Origin: Chiloscyllium plagiosum
Lineage: Eukaryota
NCBI RefSeq assembly: GCF_004010195.1
Contig: NC_057718.1
Span: 98,146,876-98,210,875, forward strand
Reading direction: 5' to 3'
Length of the DNA: 64,000 bases
Notes under the pieces: model-generated
The model's input: only the letters and a program-made list of their open reading frames with translations
The model's database searches: none
Told to the model about the DNA's origin: nothing
Translations under genes and position numbers: made by a program
Shown here: one piece after another, positions 39,617 to 52,977 of the stretch
Numbering within the stretch: the stretch's first letter is position 1
How the letters are laid out: each line of letters opens with the position of its first letter

Positions 39617-41451
39617 ATCCTCTGCATCGGGTATACCTTCCAGTGTCAGCCCTCTGCATTAGATATAGCTTCCAGTGTCAGCCCTCTGCATTGGATATAG
39701 CTTCCAGTGCCAGCCCTCTGCATCGGGTATAGCTTCCAGTGTCAGCCCGCTGCATCGGGTATACCTTCCAGTGCCAGCCCTCTGCATTAGATATAGCTTC
39801 CAGTGCCAGCCCTCTGCATTGGGTATAGCTTCCAGTGTCAGCCCTCTGCATCGGGTATAGTTTCCAGTGTCAGCCCTCTGCATTGGGTATAGCTTCCAGT
39901 GTCAGCCCTCTGCATCGGGTATAGTTTCCAGTGGCAGCCCTCTGCATTGGGTATAGTTTCCAGTGTCAGCCCTCTGCATCGGGTATAGTTTCCAGTGTCA
40001 GCCCTCTGCATTGGGTATAGTTTCCAGTGTCAACCCCCCGCATCAGGTATAGTTTCCAGTGTCAGCCCCCCGCATCAGGTATAGCTTCCAGTGGCAGCCC
40101 TCTGCACCGGGTATAGCTTCCAGTGTCAGCCCTCTGCATCGGATATAGCTTCCAGTGCCAGCCCTCTGCATCGGGTATAGCTTCCAGCATCAGTGCTGTG
40201 CATTGGGTACAGCTTGCAGTGGAAGCCCTCTTCACTGGATATCATTTCCAGGGTCAATCCTCTGCACATGGCATTACTTCCACTGCCATCCCTGTTCACT
40301 GGGCATAGCTTCCAGTGACAGCTCTCTGCACTAGGAATTATTTCCATTGTCAGCCTTCTGCATTGGGCATTGCTCCAGTGCCAGCCCTGTCACTGGCCAT
40401 TGCTTCCATTGGCAGCCTTCTGCACTGGGCATTACTTCTAGTGCCCACTTTCTGTACATGGCATTGCATCCATTGCCGGACCTGACCACTGGGCATTGCT
40501 TCCAGTGACAGCTCTCTGCACTGGGCATTGCTTCCATTAGCAGCCTTCTGCACTGGGCATTGCTTCCAGTCATAGCTCTCTGCACTGAGCATTGCTTCCA
40601 GTGTTGGCCCTAGTCACTGAGCATTGCTTCCAGTGTTAGTCCTAGTCACTGGGCATTGCTTCCAGTGTAAGCCATAGCCACTGGGCATTGCTTCCAGTGT
40701 TAGCCCCGTCCACTGGGTATTGCTTCCAGAGTCAGTCCCGTACACTGGGCATTGCTTCCAGACCCAGTCCTGGCCACCAGGCATTGCTTCCAGTGTCAGG
40801 ACTGTCCACTGGGCATTGCTTACAGTGCCAGCCCTCTGCACTGTGAATCATTTCCAGTGTCAGCCCTCTTCACTGGGCATTGCTTCCAGTGTCAGCCTTC
40901 TGCACTGGCCATTGCTCCCATTAGCAGCCTTCTGCACTGGACATTGCTTCCAGTGTCAACCCTATCCATTGATCATTGCTTCCATTAGCAGCCTTCTTCA
41001 CTGGGAATTACTTCTAGTGCCAGCCCTGTCCACTGGGCATTGTTTCCAGTGACGGCTCTCTGCATTGTGCATTGAGCATTTCCAGTATGAGCCCTGTCCA
41101 CTGGGCATTGCTTCCACTGTCAGTCGTGTCCACTGGGCATTGCTTCCAGTGTCAGCCCTGGCCACTGGGCATTGCTTCCAGTGCCAGCCCTATCCACTGG
41201 GCATTGCTTCCAGTGCCAGCCCTGTCCACTGGGCTTTGCTTCCAGTGTCAGCCCTGTCCACTGGGCATTGCTTCCAGTGTTAGCCCTGTCCATTGGGCAT
41301 TGCTTCCAGTGTTAGCCCTGGCCACTGGGCATTGCTTCCAATGTCAGCCCTGTCCACTGGGAATTGCTTCCACTGTCAGCCCTGTCCATTGGGGATTGCT
41401 TCCAGTGCCATCCCTCTTCACTGGGCACTGTTTTCAGTGTCAGCAGTTTGC
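39617..41451. repeat. 32-bp minisatellite, roughly 57 units
   Basis: Unit TCCAGTGTCAGCCCTCTGCATCGGGTATAGCT (period 32, e.g. 39671 and 39703), drifting to TCCAGTGTCAGCCCTGTCCACTGGGCATTGCT. Confidence 0.95.
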
Positions 41452-42702
41452 ACTAGTCAAGTTTCTGGTATTAGTCTGTAATACCAAGCCTGACCTCTGG
41501 TGGCAGCTGATACACTCAGATTATGAACTCATAACTGCTCAGACCCATCAGTTTGGAATAGCTGGATATACACAGATTCAAAATTAATCATGTATGAAAA
41601 CATGTCTTTAATAGACCTGTCAGGCTTTATGACCTTCCTTGGAATGTGCAAAAGCTTTATTTTAGTTAATCTAGAAAACTAATGGCAGTCATAAATTTTA
41701 GGCTAACCGTGAGGGAAAAACCTTAATTGTTTTCTGCCAATAATCAGCTTGTGAATGATTTCATTTATCGGTGGCTGAAGAGTCTCAAAGCAGGGTTTAT
41801 ATTCTCAGGAGAAGACTATTTAGGGATCAGATAAGAAGTCTTGTCTTCGCTTACAATATTAATCGAGGGAGTTCCATGTTTCAGTGAGTACTGCATGCTC
41901 TTTAGCTGAGCACGTTCAGGCTGAGATTTATTGATAATCAGACTGTAAAGGATTTAAGAAATAAGCAGCAATGTGGAAACTGGTAGAAGTTGAGCTCTGA
42001 TCTTATTGATTGGTCACCAAGCTGCAGGGCAGGAGCTTCAAGAACCATTCCCATTGGGATGCCATCTCAATGCTGGAATGTTGTCTTGACCCTTCAGTGG
42101 GAACAACAAGAGTTGGGAAAGGAGCTACAAGAGTAGCCTTTACCGAAGCATGGAGGAATGAGGGTCCGTTAGAGATGTGGGATGGAATGGCGAGGGTTAT
42201 CTGGAGATTTCATAGAGACTTAAAATAAAGCCCGACTGTTTTATCTCCTACAGGAGCCAGGCCAAGAGGTTCTAAAGCATAGACTTGTTTTGTGCAGTGT
42301 ACATCGACTTTGTGACTCAACAGCTCTCTCTCATCCAGTTCCAGTTGCTCCCCTTTTATGTATTCAGACTTGAACTGATTAGCCTTTACTTAATTACCTT
42401 TAAATCTTAATGTCTTGCTCTTTTAACAGAACTAAATGCAAGCTGTTTACTCAGTCAGCTCCCTGCAGCTCCCACTTTAGAATACTGCGCTCTATAACTC
42501 AGTCCACCTCCTGTTTCTTCACCCCCAGTATCTTTCAAGTCAAAGTCTTGCATGAATCTTTGAAACTGCAAAATAGTACATTTTTCCTAAAGCCTGTTTT
42601 TTTTTTTGGGGGCATTGAGTTTCCCGAGTGTTCCTTTTGTATTCTATTACGTATTTGCTTTCATTTCCACATGTTTGGATTCCAGGATCCATTGCATAAT
42701 GG

Positions 42703-43000
42703 GGGCAGCACAGGGGCTCAGTGGTTAACACTGCTGCCTCACAACGCCAGGGACCTGGGTTTGATTCTACCTCCAGGCAAATGTCTGTGTGGAATTTGCA
42801 CATTCTCCCCCTATCTGTATGGGTTTTTGTTGGGTGCTGTGGTTTCCTCCCACAGTCCAAATATGTGCAGGCAAGGAGGGTTAGCAATGGGAAATGCAAA
42901 GCTAGGGTAGGTGGTTAAGTCTGGGTGGGATGCAGTTTGGAGGGTCAGTGTGGATTCAGTGATGGGCTGAATGGCCTGCTTCCACACTGTCGGGATTGTA
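42703..43000 (+). mobile_element. HE1-type SINE
   Basis: Head, core and tail. Confidence 0.83.
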
Positions 43001-43685
43001 TAACACATCCAGCAGTTGAGCCTTTTGGATCTGATTCCCAGTTTCTGTTCATTGCCTCCATCGTGGCAGTTTGTCCATGATTGGTCAGTTTTGAATACAT
43101 TCATTGGGAGTGTGTGGGTTGGAGAGGCAGGTGGAGTGAGATAGCCAAGGCTGACACTCCGAGCTGGTTCAGGTGTGAAGGGCTATGATTCGATTGATTA
43201 TAGAGTCTTGAGATCTTTGCTGTGTTAGTTTGCTCCTCCACAACTGGATTCAAGGACATTCTTGGTCAGTTTCCCATTCCAGGGTCAGTTTTGGTTCTTC
43301 TGACAAGTAATCACAGCATTAGTTTAGGCGAGTTTATAATAGGCTGTTTTTCTGACATTATCACTGAAACTCAAAGGTCTTGCATTAATATAGCACCGTC
43401 CATGACCACCGGTCATCTCAACATGCTTTGCAGCCAATGGAATATTTGTGGAGTGTCCTTGGGGTCTCAATACAGTTCATTGCTCTCAGCAAGCTCACAT
43501 AAAATTCCCTTGTGGGAAATAGATGTTGCTGGCTGGGCCAACATTTACTGTCCATCCCTTGTTACCCTTAAGGTGGTGGTCAGCTGCCTTCTTGAGACAC
43601 TGCACTCCATGTGCTTTAGGTAGAGCCACAATGCCATTAGGGAGGGTGGTTCAAGATTTTGACCCAGTGAAGTAAGGGCGATATA

Positions 43686-43904
43686 CAGGTAGTTCTTCTG
43701 TAAAGTGATGGTTGCGTTCTTGTGAAACCCTGCATTATAGAAAAATCGTGCTTTAGAAACAATGCTTAAAGTGTTGGTGATGTACTCGCGTTATAGCCAG
43801 CACATGTTTTAAAAGTTTGCACTTTAGAAACAGTGTCCCCAGTTCATCAAATGCATTGTAACGAATTTGTGTGAGTGAAACACACATTATAGCAGAACAA
43901 CCTG
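43686..43904. mobile_element. TcMar-type MITE
   Basis: Imperfect TIRs CAGGTAGTTCTTCTGTAA / TTATAGCAGAACAACCTG with TA duplication; inserted into an older repeat. Confidence 0.7.
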
Positions 43905-44822
43905 TATTTCTAAATCAGGACAGTGAGTAACTTGGAGGAGAACTTGCAGGTGATGCCCTTGTCCTTCTGGATGGTCGTGGTGGGCTTGGAAGGGGTTGTG
44001 AATTTCAACAACGCATCTTGTAGATGGTTCACACTGAGTGCTGGTGGTGGAGGGCGTGAATGTTTGTGGATGTGATGCCCAAGAAGCAGGCTGCTTTATC
44101 CTAGATGGTGTAAAGCTTCTTGAGTGTTGTTGGAGCTGTACCCATCCAGGCAAACAGGGAGTATTCCATCACACTCCTGACTTGTAGATGGCAGACAGGC
44201 TCTGCGGAGTCAGGAGGTGAGTTAGTCACTGCAGGATTCCTAGCCTTTGAGCACAGTATTTATATGGCTGCTCCAGTTCAATTTCTAGTCAATAGTAGCC
44301 ACTGTCCCCCACTCCAGGATTTTGTTGGAGTGAAGGAAACAGAATGGAAACTGAGGGGGTGATCATTCCCGCTTCCACCCTTACCATCTTAGATCATCCA
44401 GTCAAGAAAGAGTCTGATGGTCATTCAGTAGCTGTCTAATGGGAAGAAGCCAGTTCGAGGGGTGGGGTGGGGTGGGACTGTAGGCCAGGAACATCCCAGG
44501 GCAGGGACGATACTGTGAGCAGTAAATTGATAATAGACTAAAAGGCCTCTGCTCCCTGAATGTCTCTGTTCATTTTTGTTATTACGATCTTAATAAAAGC
44601 TCAAAAAATGAGTTTGAAGAACCACAAAGACATTGCCACGTTCCTCCAACAGAATTTGTTGCTTCTTTGAAGCCAGCGTTTGGGGCCTTTTCCTCCAGCC
44701 TGGTGTTACCCCATCATGGCTCTCACAAAACATACGCCAAGCCTTTTCACAGGCGGCGCCAAGAAAATGCAGGCAGTCAGAAAGGTTCTGACGATTGGGT
44801 GACTTGTAATCAGTAATGGCAA

Positions 44823-45160
44823 CAAAATTGAAAATTACTGGGGAAAATGCAGCAGGTCTGGCAGCATCTGTGGAGAGAGAGTGGAGTTAATGTTTCAGGT
44901 CCAGTGACCCTTCTTCAGAAGAGGCGGTTTTTGATTTTGTTTCTGTTCTTGGTTTAATGTTATAATGGCGAGTGAGCTGCAGGTTTACTATTTAGTTGAC
45001 TCGCATTCTACAATTTGGAAGACTTGTGCAATGACGCCCATTGTCAATCCAACTTCCTTCTGAGGAAAGGTTACTCGACCTGAAACGTTAACTCTGATTT
45101 CTCTCCACAGCTGCTGCCAGACCTGCTGAGCTTTTCTAGCTCTTTCTGTTTCTGTATTTT
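44823..45160. mobile_element. Family-3 elements in inverted arrangement
   Basis: Minus copy about 44823-44920 and plus copy about 45058-45160; homologous to 22943-23045 (-), 55473-55600 (+) and 56690-56790 (+). Confidence 0.72.
45058..45091 (+). ncRNA. Minimal hammerhead motif (family 3)
   Basis: TT-CTGAGGA-A-AGGTT ACTC GACCT-GAAACGTT-AA. Confidence 0.6.
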
Positions 45161-45745
45161 TTTGGGGAGAGAGTGAGACAGTGGTCATTCCCCCTGAGTA
45201 GTTGGGGATTGGGGTAAACTCCAGCCCCTAAAGTGAAACCTCAACTTGCAGCCTTCTGATTCAGAACCCTAGCAGCTGGGTTTAGGCAGAATGCTCTGTC
45301 ATTAGTCATTTTCGTTAATTATGTTATAAACCTTGTGATAATGGTTTCAGAAAAAAAAGACTTCTTTTCCAATGAGGAAATTAGGCCTCTTACTCCAAAA
45401 TATTTAACCCATTAACAGGGATCTCCAAAAAGATGGAGTACGTAAAACAGATGGATTGCTAATTATTATTTCAATTTTGGAAAGTTAGAATAACGTTTTT
45501 AGTTTCTGTGTTTATCCTTTTGAGGATTGCAATAACCAGCAGGATTCAATGATATAAAAAACTACATTCCAATAATTCTCAATGAGGGGAACATTAAATG
45601 ATCTCGTTCATCTCTCCACGTACTGGAGATTTCAAAGTACATATTTTGAAACTGCAAAGAGTTTTCATTATTCCAAAGGTTATGTTTTGAAAATGATAAA
45701 TTATGCAGACGACTTATATCTTTTTTTTACTGAATTCCTTTTCAG

Positions 45746-45803
45746 CAATGGAGACAAATCTGATTACTTAACTGTAGACCAATTAGTCAGCTTTCTGAAT
45801 GAA
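45746..45803 (+). CDS. PLCB4: PLCB4 exon (NGDKSDYLTVDQLVSFLNE)
   Basis: cttttcag acceptor, GTAAGC donor, 58 nt. Confidence 0.96.
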
Positions 45804-48317
45804 GTAAGCTTTCTTTCATTAATTAAAACTGCTTGTAGTTGCCTGCTTTACTCCTGCCTTCCGAGCGCATGCATTGCATAGATTCCCCCACTGCTTTCTG
45901 CCTGTCTTTCTCCTTTAATGGGTGCCACATTGGCAACATCCAGGTGCACAAAATGAAACCCCAGTTCCTGAGAGATTGACTTTGCTTTCGCTATAGAGGT
46001 ACTGCATGCTGCTTTTACACGGTGGATGTTGAATGGGTTTTACTGTTGCTATGTCTGTTTGAAATGTATTAATTTCTTTTTACACTGATAACCCTTGAGA
46101 GATTCTTTCTTTCTCAAATTACTGTTGTGTTTTTTTTTCCCTAAGCTAGATGCCCTGTTTTTAACAATACGTGTTTTATTATCTTAATTCCACAGCCCCG
46201 ATGCTATTGCATGGGCTACACACATGCAGCAATTGAATGCATTTGTGTGCAGATCTTTAATCTGCTACCTGTCCAGGGACATATTACATTGTTATTGTAT
46301 TTATTGATTTATTGTCCACATTTATCGTTGCATCACCTCTACCAAAGTGACAGAGGGAAAATATTTTTAAGAAATGTGTCAGATATTTGTACATAATTGT
46401 CCCACTTAATAACTTCAGGGGATATAGATGATAATTAACGTTGAAAGTTTATTTATGCAATGCAAATGAATCTTCTCCCTTCCATGTATCTTTTAGGAAT
46501 GTCCTCAAAATTTGTACTGTATAGAATCTACCTATGACTATATTGTTTGGTATATTTTAGTCAGGTCTGCAAAATAATTGTCATTAATATTTTGCAATAT
46601 TCAGGCAACTTCTTTGAACAGGACCAATTGATAGTTTAGTATTTTTTGTGGGAACTTAGTCTGACCTCCTTTGAGCTTGTGTATCTTGATGCCAGAATGT
46701 TGATAGAACATTGGCTTGAAGGGTAAAATGAATCCGTTAGTGGCTTTGGTTACCATGCACTTTCTAATCTGGTTCATTTTACTTTTACATTATGAATACA
46801 TGTTGTGTGCTTCATTTAAGTCCATAGGAATAATTCACGGGCACTTGGGAGCAACTTTCCAAAACATTATGGATTTTCCCTGTCCTGTTCGTTTTGCTTG
46901 GTCTCTTTTCTTAAGTTTATTTGGTTATTAATGTTTCTCATTGACTCCCTGTGGGGATTTTTTAATGTGATTCAGTATTTGGACACATTGCTAATACACT
47001 CTACAAAGTGTCTTAGCATGGGATATGATTTAAACATTTAGATCCTTTCTCGTTATGAGAAGGATGAATAAATTCAACATCACCTAAACCACGTGCAGGG
47101 ACTTTAAAAAGAGCAGGGGATGTTCATTCCCGTTATATGTGAAAGAATAGACCATAAAGATATGGAGAACACAACAATGAACAATATGAGAAATGGTTTA
47201 TAGATAAACTGAGGGTACAGAGGCAGAACTTATTCACAGCTCACAGTGCTCAAGAAACAATTCGACATCCCTTTTTCTTTTTGGCTTAGTAAATTTGGGA
47301 ACCAGGGTGTGTGTCCTCATTAAAACACATCACTGCATCACCTGTGCCTGACTGGACATGATAAGAGTGGTGCTTTAACTTGACATAAATCAGGGTTTTC
47401 AGGAAAATATTTAGTGGCAACCTCCTTCTGTAGCAATGACCCTTGCAAATTGTCCCTTGCTTTCAAGAAGTGAAAATATTACATGCTGACACATTCATCG
47501 AGGGAATGTGTCACCCTCGAGTCTGCTACTGCTAACAGACGTGTGCATGATACGCTAACAGACGTGTACACAGACAAGGCCAACTGGTAGTGTCCTTACT
47601 AATGTCCCAGGTGAGAGTAGCGACAGGAGCACAGAAAAGAGATAGAATTGAGAATGTCTGGTTTGTGGTTCAGCATTACATGTTATGGTGACTTTGCTGC
47701 CTCTGTCATCAGGAAGATGATTACATATTTTTGACCATCTGTTCAGTGCACTTCCTGGAAATAAAGATGAGATTGTTCTCTCCCATCCCTTGCTATGATG
47801 ACAAAGTCACATTAAACAGCAGTTTCATGGGCTACAAAACCAAACTATGTTTCAATGTTAAATTGAAAGCTGTCCTGAGAAAAAACATTTACGACATATA
47901 TTTGCTGAGTACATCATACTCAAATACATGAGGTGAATTTGATCAGAAAACTCAAGAATAACAACCTTGCATGTGGAAATATTGATTTAATTTCATGGTT
48001 GGCTCTGACAGGTATAATACAGAAGTTTCACTATTCCCAAAATAATGTACAAAATCCTTTGAGTGGTATAGCAGACCTTTAGCATAATTTTAGGCAAAAG
48101 AATTAACTCAAACAAAAGGAGTTATTTTTTAAATATAAGTTTGTGACAATAGAGAAACTTTTTTCTAATCAAACCTGTTCAGGCAGTTTTGCACACTGCT
48201 GGAGCAGACCTCTTGGCTCAGAGGTAGGGACACTACCACTGCGCCACAACAGCCGATATTGATTTTTGTACAAAGGCAATTAGGAGAGGGATGCAAATAT
48301 TTTCTGTTCAATCATGT

Positions 48318-48568
48318 TTTGCGTGGGTTTTCTCCAGGTGCTCCAGTTTCTTCCCACAGTCCAAAGATGTGCAGGTCAGGGTGGATGGGCCATGCTAAAG
48401 TGCCCATGGTGTCCAGGGATGTGCAGGCTAGGTGGATTAGCCATGGGAAATGCCAGGTTACAGGGTGAGAGTGGGGAAGTGGGTTTAGGTGGGATGCTCT
48501 TTGGAGAGTCGGTGCAGGCTCGATGGGCCGAATGGCCTGCTTCTGTACGATAGGGATGCTATGATTCT
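48318..48568 (+). mobile_element. HE1-type SINE, 5'-truncated
   Basis: V-core and tail; ends about 90 bp upstream of an exon. Confidence 0.8.
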
Positions 48569-48657
48569 AGTCCCCTTACACAAACATTGACATTGTCTTG
48601 GGTTGTGAGACGTGAGCGGGAAACACCTTAATTTGGATTTTTCCTTACCGACTGCAG

Positions 48658-48766
48658 AACCAACGCGATCCTCGTCTGAATGAAATTCTGTTCCCCTTCT
48701 ATGATGCAAAGAGAGCAATGCAGATACTTGAGACTTATGAACCCGAAGAAGAGTTGAGGAAAAAAG
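48658..48766 (+). CDS. PLCB4: PLCB4 exon ([37 protein letters not shown])
   Basis: ctgcag acceptor, GTAAGC donor, 109 nt; contains the PLC-beta [10 protein letters not shown] motif. Confidence 0.97.
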
Positions 48767-49464
48767 GTAAGCAACCTCCTATCTCAGCTTCCTCCAGTAA
48801 ATAGGGTTCGGGTGACTGTGGAATGAATCTAATCTGCTTGTTTTTAAACTATTCAATCATTTTACAAGCACTAAGTTTCTGGTTAACCTTATTCTTGTTC
48901 ATGTTCCTTCTAAGACTTAAAAGCATCTGATGTATATGACATTGGCGGAGGGTCCTCAGAGTGGGAGAATTGTCTATCAAACGCTTAAACCTTTCAAAGC
49001 AATTCCCACATAAATAGAAACACTAGGCATTCCGCAGTGTCTCAGAGCACATCTCCAGTTTTACATCTGATCCCCAACAATTCCAGAAACTGGAAGACCC
49101 AGCCCATTTCTTTTGATGACTTTTTGATGCCATTTTCCGGCTATATAGGCGATTTTTCCGTACCTGTATTGCAAACTGTATCAGATAAGCTACACAAGTA
49201 CAATCACATTGGTAATTAATGCAGCCACATGATGAAACCTTAAGGCTAGCTGCCACCTAGTGGATTCCAAATTAAATTGTCTGCATAAACCACAATTTTT
49301 ATGGCATTCTCTTCTAACATCTCGTCTCCTCTGCACAATATACGTACCGTTGCAAAAGGTACCTACCACCAACTCGGTAACATCACTCACTCATAACCCT
49401 ACAGCAGCCCATCTCCCTTATCAATGTCCCTGTCCCCTCCAGATTGGCTGGTTCCATTCCTTTG

Positions 49465-49702
49465 GCAGAAGTGGGTACTGCAGATGCTGGAGATTAGAGT
49501 CATGGTGAGAGTGGTGCTGGAAAAGCACAGAAGGTCAGGCAGCATCCGAGGAGCAGGAGAGTCGACGTTTCAGGCAAAAGCCCTTCATCAGGGCTCATTC
49601 CTCATTCCTGATGAAGGGCTTTTGCCCGAAATGTCGATTTTTCCTGCTCCTCGGATGCTGCCTGACCTGCTGTGCTTTTCCAGCACCACACTAATCTTGA
49701 TC
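49465..49702. mobile_element. Family-2 inverted element
   Basis: GTGGTGCTGGAAAAGCACAG… / …CTGTGCTTTTCCAGCACCAC inverted arms. Confidence 0.82.
49562..49637. ncRNA. Divergent pair of minimal hammerhead motifs (family 2)
   Basis: Minus strand: CTGATGA-AGGGCTTTTGCCT-GAAACGTC-GA. Plus strand from 49608: CTGATGA-AGGGCTTTTGCCC-GAAATGTC-GA. Confidence 0.65.
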
Positions 49703-50444
49703 CACTGCTTTGTTCCAATCTCCTCAGTTTATCCAAAATTCATTTTGCTTGCATTCAAGCCCACATCAAAGTACTTAGTCATCCACAGCTCCACAGGTTC
49801 ATTTTTATCCTTATTTTTAGATTCCTAGATGTTCTTGCTGCCCTGTATCTGGGGATTGTTCCAGCTATATAATCCTGAGAAATGCTTTTCAGAATGGAGT
49901 GAGAGGAAGCAGGGTGGAAAAGGGCAGAATTCAAAGATTATTACTAAACAAGGACTCAGCCCGCTGAACACCTTACCAGTCAATGATGGATTGACGGGAA
50001 ACGGAGCCGGTATTCAGAAGACCGGAATAGAAGGAGAAAAAGGCTTTGGTTCGGAAGAATGAGTCCCAGAGGCTGTGGAGGGGGTTTTAGTGGATGTTAT
50101 GAATTTTGAGATGAATTCATTGAAGGGCAGGGAGTGAGTCTTCAATAATGAAGGGAGGAGTGACAGGCAAGTTGAATTTATACCAGTTAATAAAATGCTG
50201 GTTGGGTTTCGTAGTTCTAGACATTGCCTTAACTTTTAACAACAGAGTATTTATGGTTTTTAGGTGGAGCAATCTCACTGATTCAACCCAATACTTCATG
50301 TTAATGTAATAACAGAAGGTGGTGGAAATACTCAATAGGGTTCTTCTTAAACCCACGACCACTTAACACTTAGAAAGGCAACAGATACATGGCAACACCG
50401 TGACCTGCACATTTCCCTCCAAGCCACTCACCATCCTGACTTGG

Positions 50445-50643
50445 CGAAAGTGAGGATGGCAGATGCTGGAGAGTCAGAGTCGAAAAGTGTGGCACTGGAA
50501 AAGCACAACATGTCAGGCAGCATCTGTGGAGCAGGTGAGTCGACGAGTCGGGCATAAGCCCTTCGTCAGGAACCCGAAACCTCGACTCTCCTGCTCCTCG
50601 GATGCCGCCTTGTCTGCTGTTTTTCCAGCACCGCACTTTTCGA
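50445..50643. mobile_element. Family-2 inverted element, degenerate hammerheads
   Basis: Inverted arms; flanking duplication ACCA(T/C)CCTGACTTGG. Confidence 0.78.
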
Positions 50644-50829
50644 CCACCCTGACTTGGAAACACACCACCATTCCTTCATTGTTGCTGGATCAAATCCTGG
50701 ATCTCCCTCCATAGCAGTATCATGATTGGCAAGGATTTTAAATGTAACGCTTTGGTGGGCCAACAGGGATGATGTGTGAGCAAGATGATGTCTAGCTCAC
50801 ACAACATATAATGCAAAATATACAAACAG

Positions 50830-51985
50830 CCAGACAAAGAGCAGGAGTGGGTCACTTGGCCTTTGAGCTTGCTTCATCATTTAGTGAAACCATGACTGAT
50901 CCGATTATTTCCATCTATCACTGACACCCTTCCACCTCTTCACTTATCAAGAACCTGCCTTTGCAGAGAGAGAGAGTTCCAAAGACACACAACCTTCCCT
51001 AAGGAAAAGAAAACTCTCCTTATCTCAGTCTTAAATGGGTGACCCCTTATTTTTAAACAGTGACCCCCATTCTAGATTCTCCCACAAGAGGAAGCATCCT
51101 TTCACCTGCATCCTTTCAGGAGCCTTGGGGGTCTTAACGCCTCAATCATCTTGTACTCTTCTGACCTCATTTGAATACAAGCCTGGGTTGACCAACCTTA
51201 TCTCATAAGAAACCTGACGATTACTGGCAAAAGTCTGGTGTACCTTCTCAGAACTGCTTTTAATGGACATCGTTCCTTAAATAAGGAGACAAATATTCCA
51301 CGTAGTACTCCAAATGTAGTTTCACCAATTCCCTGTCGAAATTAAGCATAATCTCCCTGTGTTGTTGTTCAGTTCTCCTCAAGGAGAGGCTGGATAGCCT
51401 GGGACTTCTTTCACTGGAGTGTAGGAGGTTGAGGGATGACTTTCTGGAGGTTTATAAAATCATGAGGGGTACAGATAAAGTGAAAGGCAGGTGTCTTTTC
51501 CCTAGAGTTGAGGATCTCAAAACTAGGGAGAATATTTTTAAGGTGAGAGGAGAAAGATTTTAAAAAGAACAAAGAAAGTTTACAGCCCAGGAACAGACCC
51601 TTCGGCCCTCCAAGCCTGAGCCAATCCAAAATGTACTGTCTAAACCTGTCAGTCAATTCCTAAGCATCTGTATCCCTCTGCTCCCCACCTACTCATGCAT
51701 TTATCCAGACGCATCTTAAATGAATCTACCATGCCTGCCTCTACCACCTCTGCTGGCATGGCAAAATGTTCCTAAGGCCCACCACCCTCTGTGTGAAGTA
51801 CTTGCTGCATGTATCCCCCTTAAACTTTCCGCCTCTCACCTTGAAAGCGTGACCTCTCGTTATTGAATCCTTCACCCTGGGAAAAAGCTTGTCTCTATCC
51901 ACCCTGTCTATACCCTTCATGATGTTATAAACATCAATCAGGGCTGAAGAGTCTGTTTCCATGCTGTATGACTCAATGACTCTAT
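50830..51985. mobile_element. Cluster of CR1-type fragments in both orientations
   Basis: Minus about 50830-51380, plus about 51381-51565, minus about 51566-51940 (same subfamily as 7273-8012). Confidence 0.8.
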
Positions 51986-52977
51986 ATTAGATTGCCCAAC
52001 TACTTGATATAGCTGCATTGTAACCCTCTTTATGATTCATGCGTTAGGACACCCAGAACGTTACTCTTATTCGGATGTGTTTGAGACAGTTGGGTTGCAC
52101 CAAAGAAAGTGTTAGATGTAAGGTTGGAGGAGATTGCTTTGCTGGTGGATTTTAACTGAGCTGAAGTGATAGTGACACTGGATAGAGGTCAAAACCACTT
52201 AGCATTTTCTGTTCAAAGCCCGGTCTATGAAAACAACTGGGCTTCATTTGTGTTGTGATTCTCCAGCTGCATGCTAGAGAGACACAGCTGATTGGCATCA
52301 AGCAGCCCAAATTCACGACTGCCTGCTGAGACAGATTATAGCTGAATGAATAAATGCCATGACAAGATTTCATGTTGTGAAACATTTACTGTAACAAATG
52401 ACTAAAAGTACTATTGACTAAACATTATTTTCTTTTTGTGGGATTCATAATTAAAACTAATTAAATGGCACCTTTCATATTGATACTCAGCGCATGTTCC
52501 AATGAATTGCATTCCTTTTATCCCTTAAGACTAGGGTCAGTTTGGCAGTTTGGGTGAAAAATTGCCTTAGTAGCAGGAGACAGAGGGTTCAGGTTGAAGA
52601 TTGTTTTGTGGTTGGAGTCCAGTGGTGTAATGAAGGATCTGATGCTGGATTCCTGCACATTCATGATTTAGTCGCACATATTGGAGCTGTTATCAGTTAG
52701 TTCGCAGAAGACACAAAAATTGGTGATGTGGTAATTAGTGAGGAGGAAAGCTTTAGACGACAGGAAGATGTAGACTAGCTGGTCAGATGGACAGAATGGA
52801 AAATAGATTTTAATCCAGAAAAGCGAGAGGTGATGCATTTTGAGGGAGTGACAAGGCAAGAGTTTGTGTATTGGTGAGATCGTACCTGGAGTATTGCACA
52901 CAGTTTTGGTCCCCTTATTTGAGGAAACATGTAGTGGCATTGGAGGCAGATCAGAGGAGGTTCACTACATTGATCCC

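Noticed and set aside
39617..41451. CRISPR-like array or Cys/His-rich repeat protein
   Set aside because: Units are contiguous with no unique spacers, there are no cas genes, and the context is a eukaryotic intron. The 32-nt period breaks frame and stop codons are frequent.
50539..50572. Functional hammerheads at 50539-50572 (-), 54542-54580 (+), 36433-36462 (+) and 55473-55505 (+)
   Set aside because: Core nucleotides are mutated (GAAA to GACT or AAAA, CUGA to CCGA or AUGA); counted as decayed copies only.
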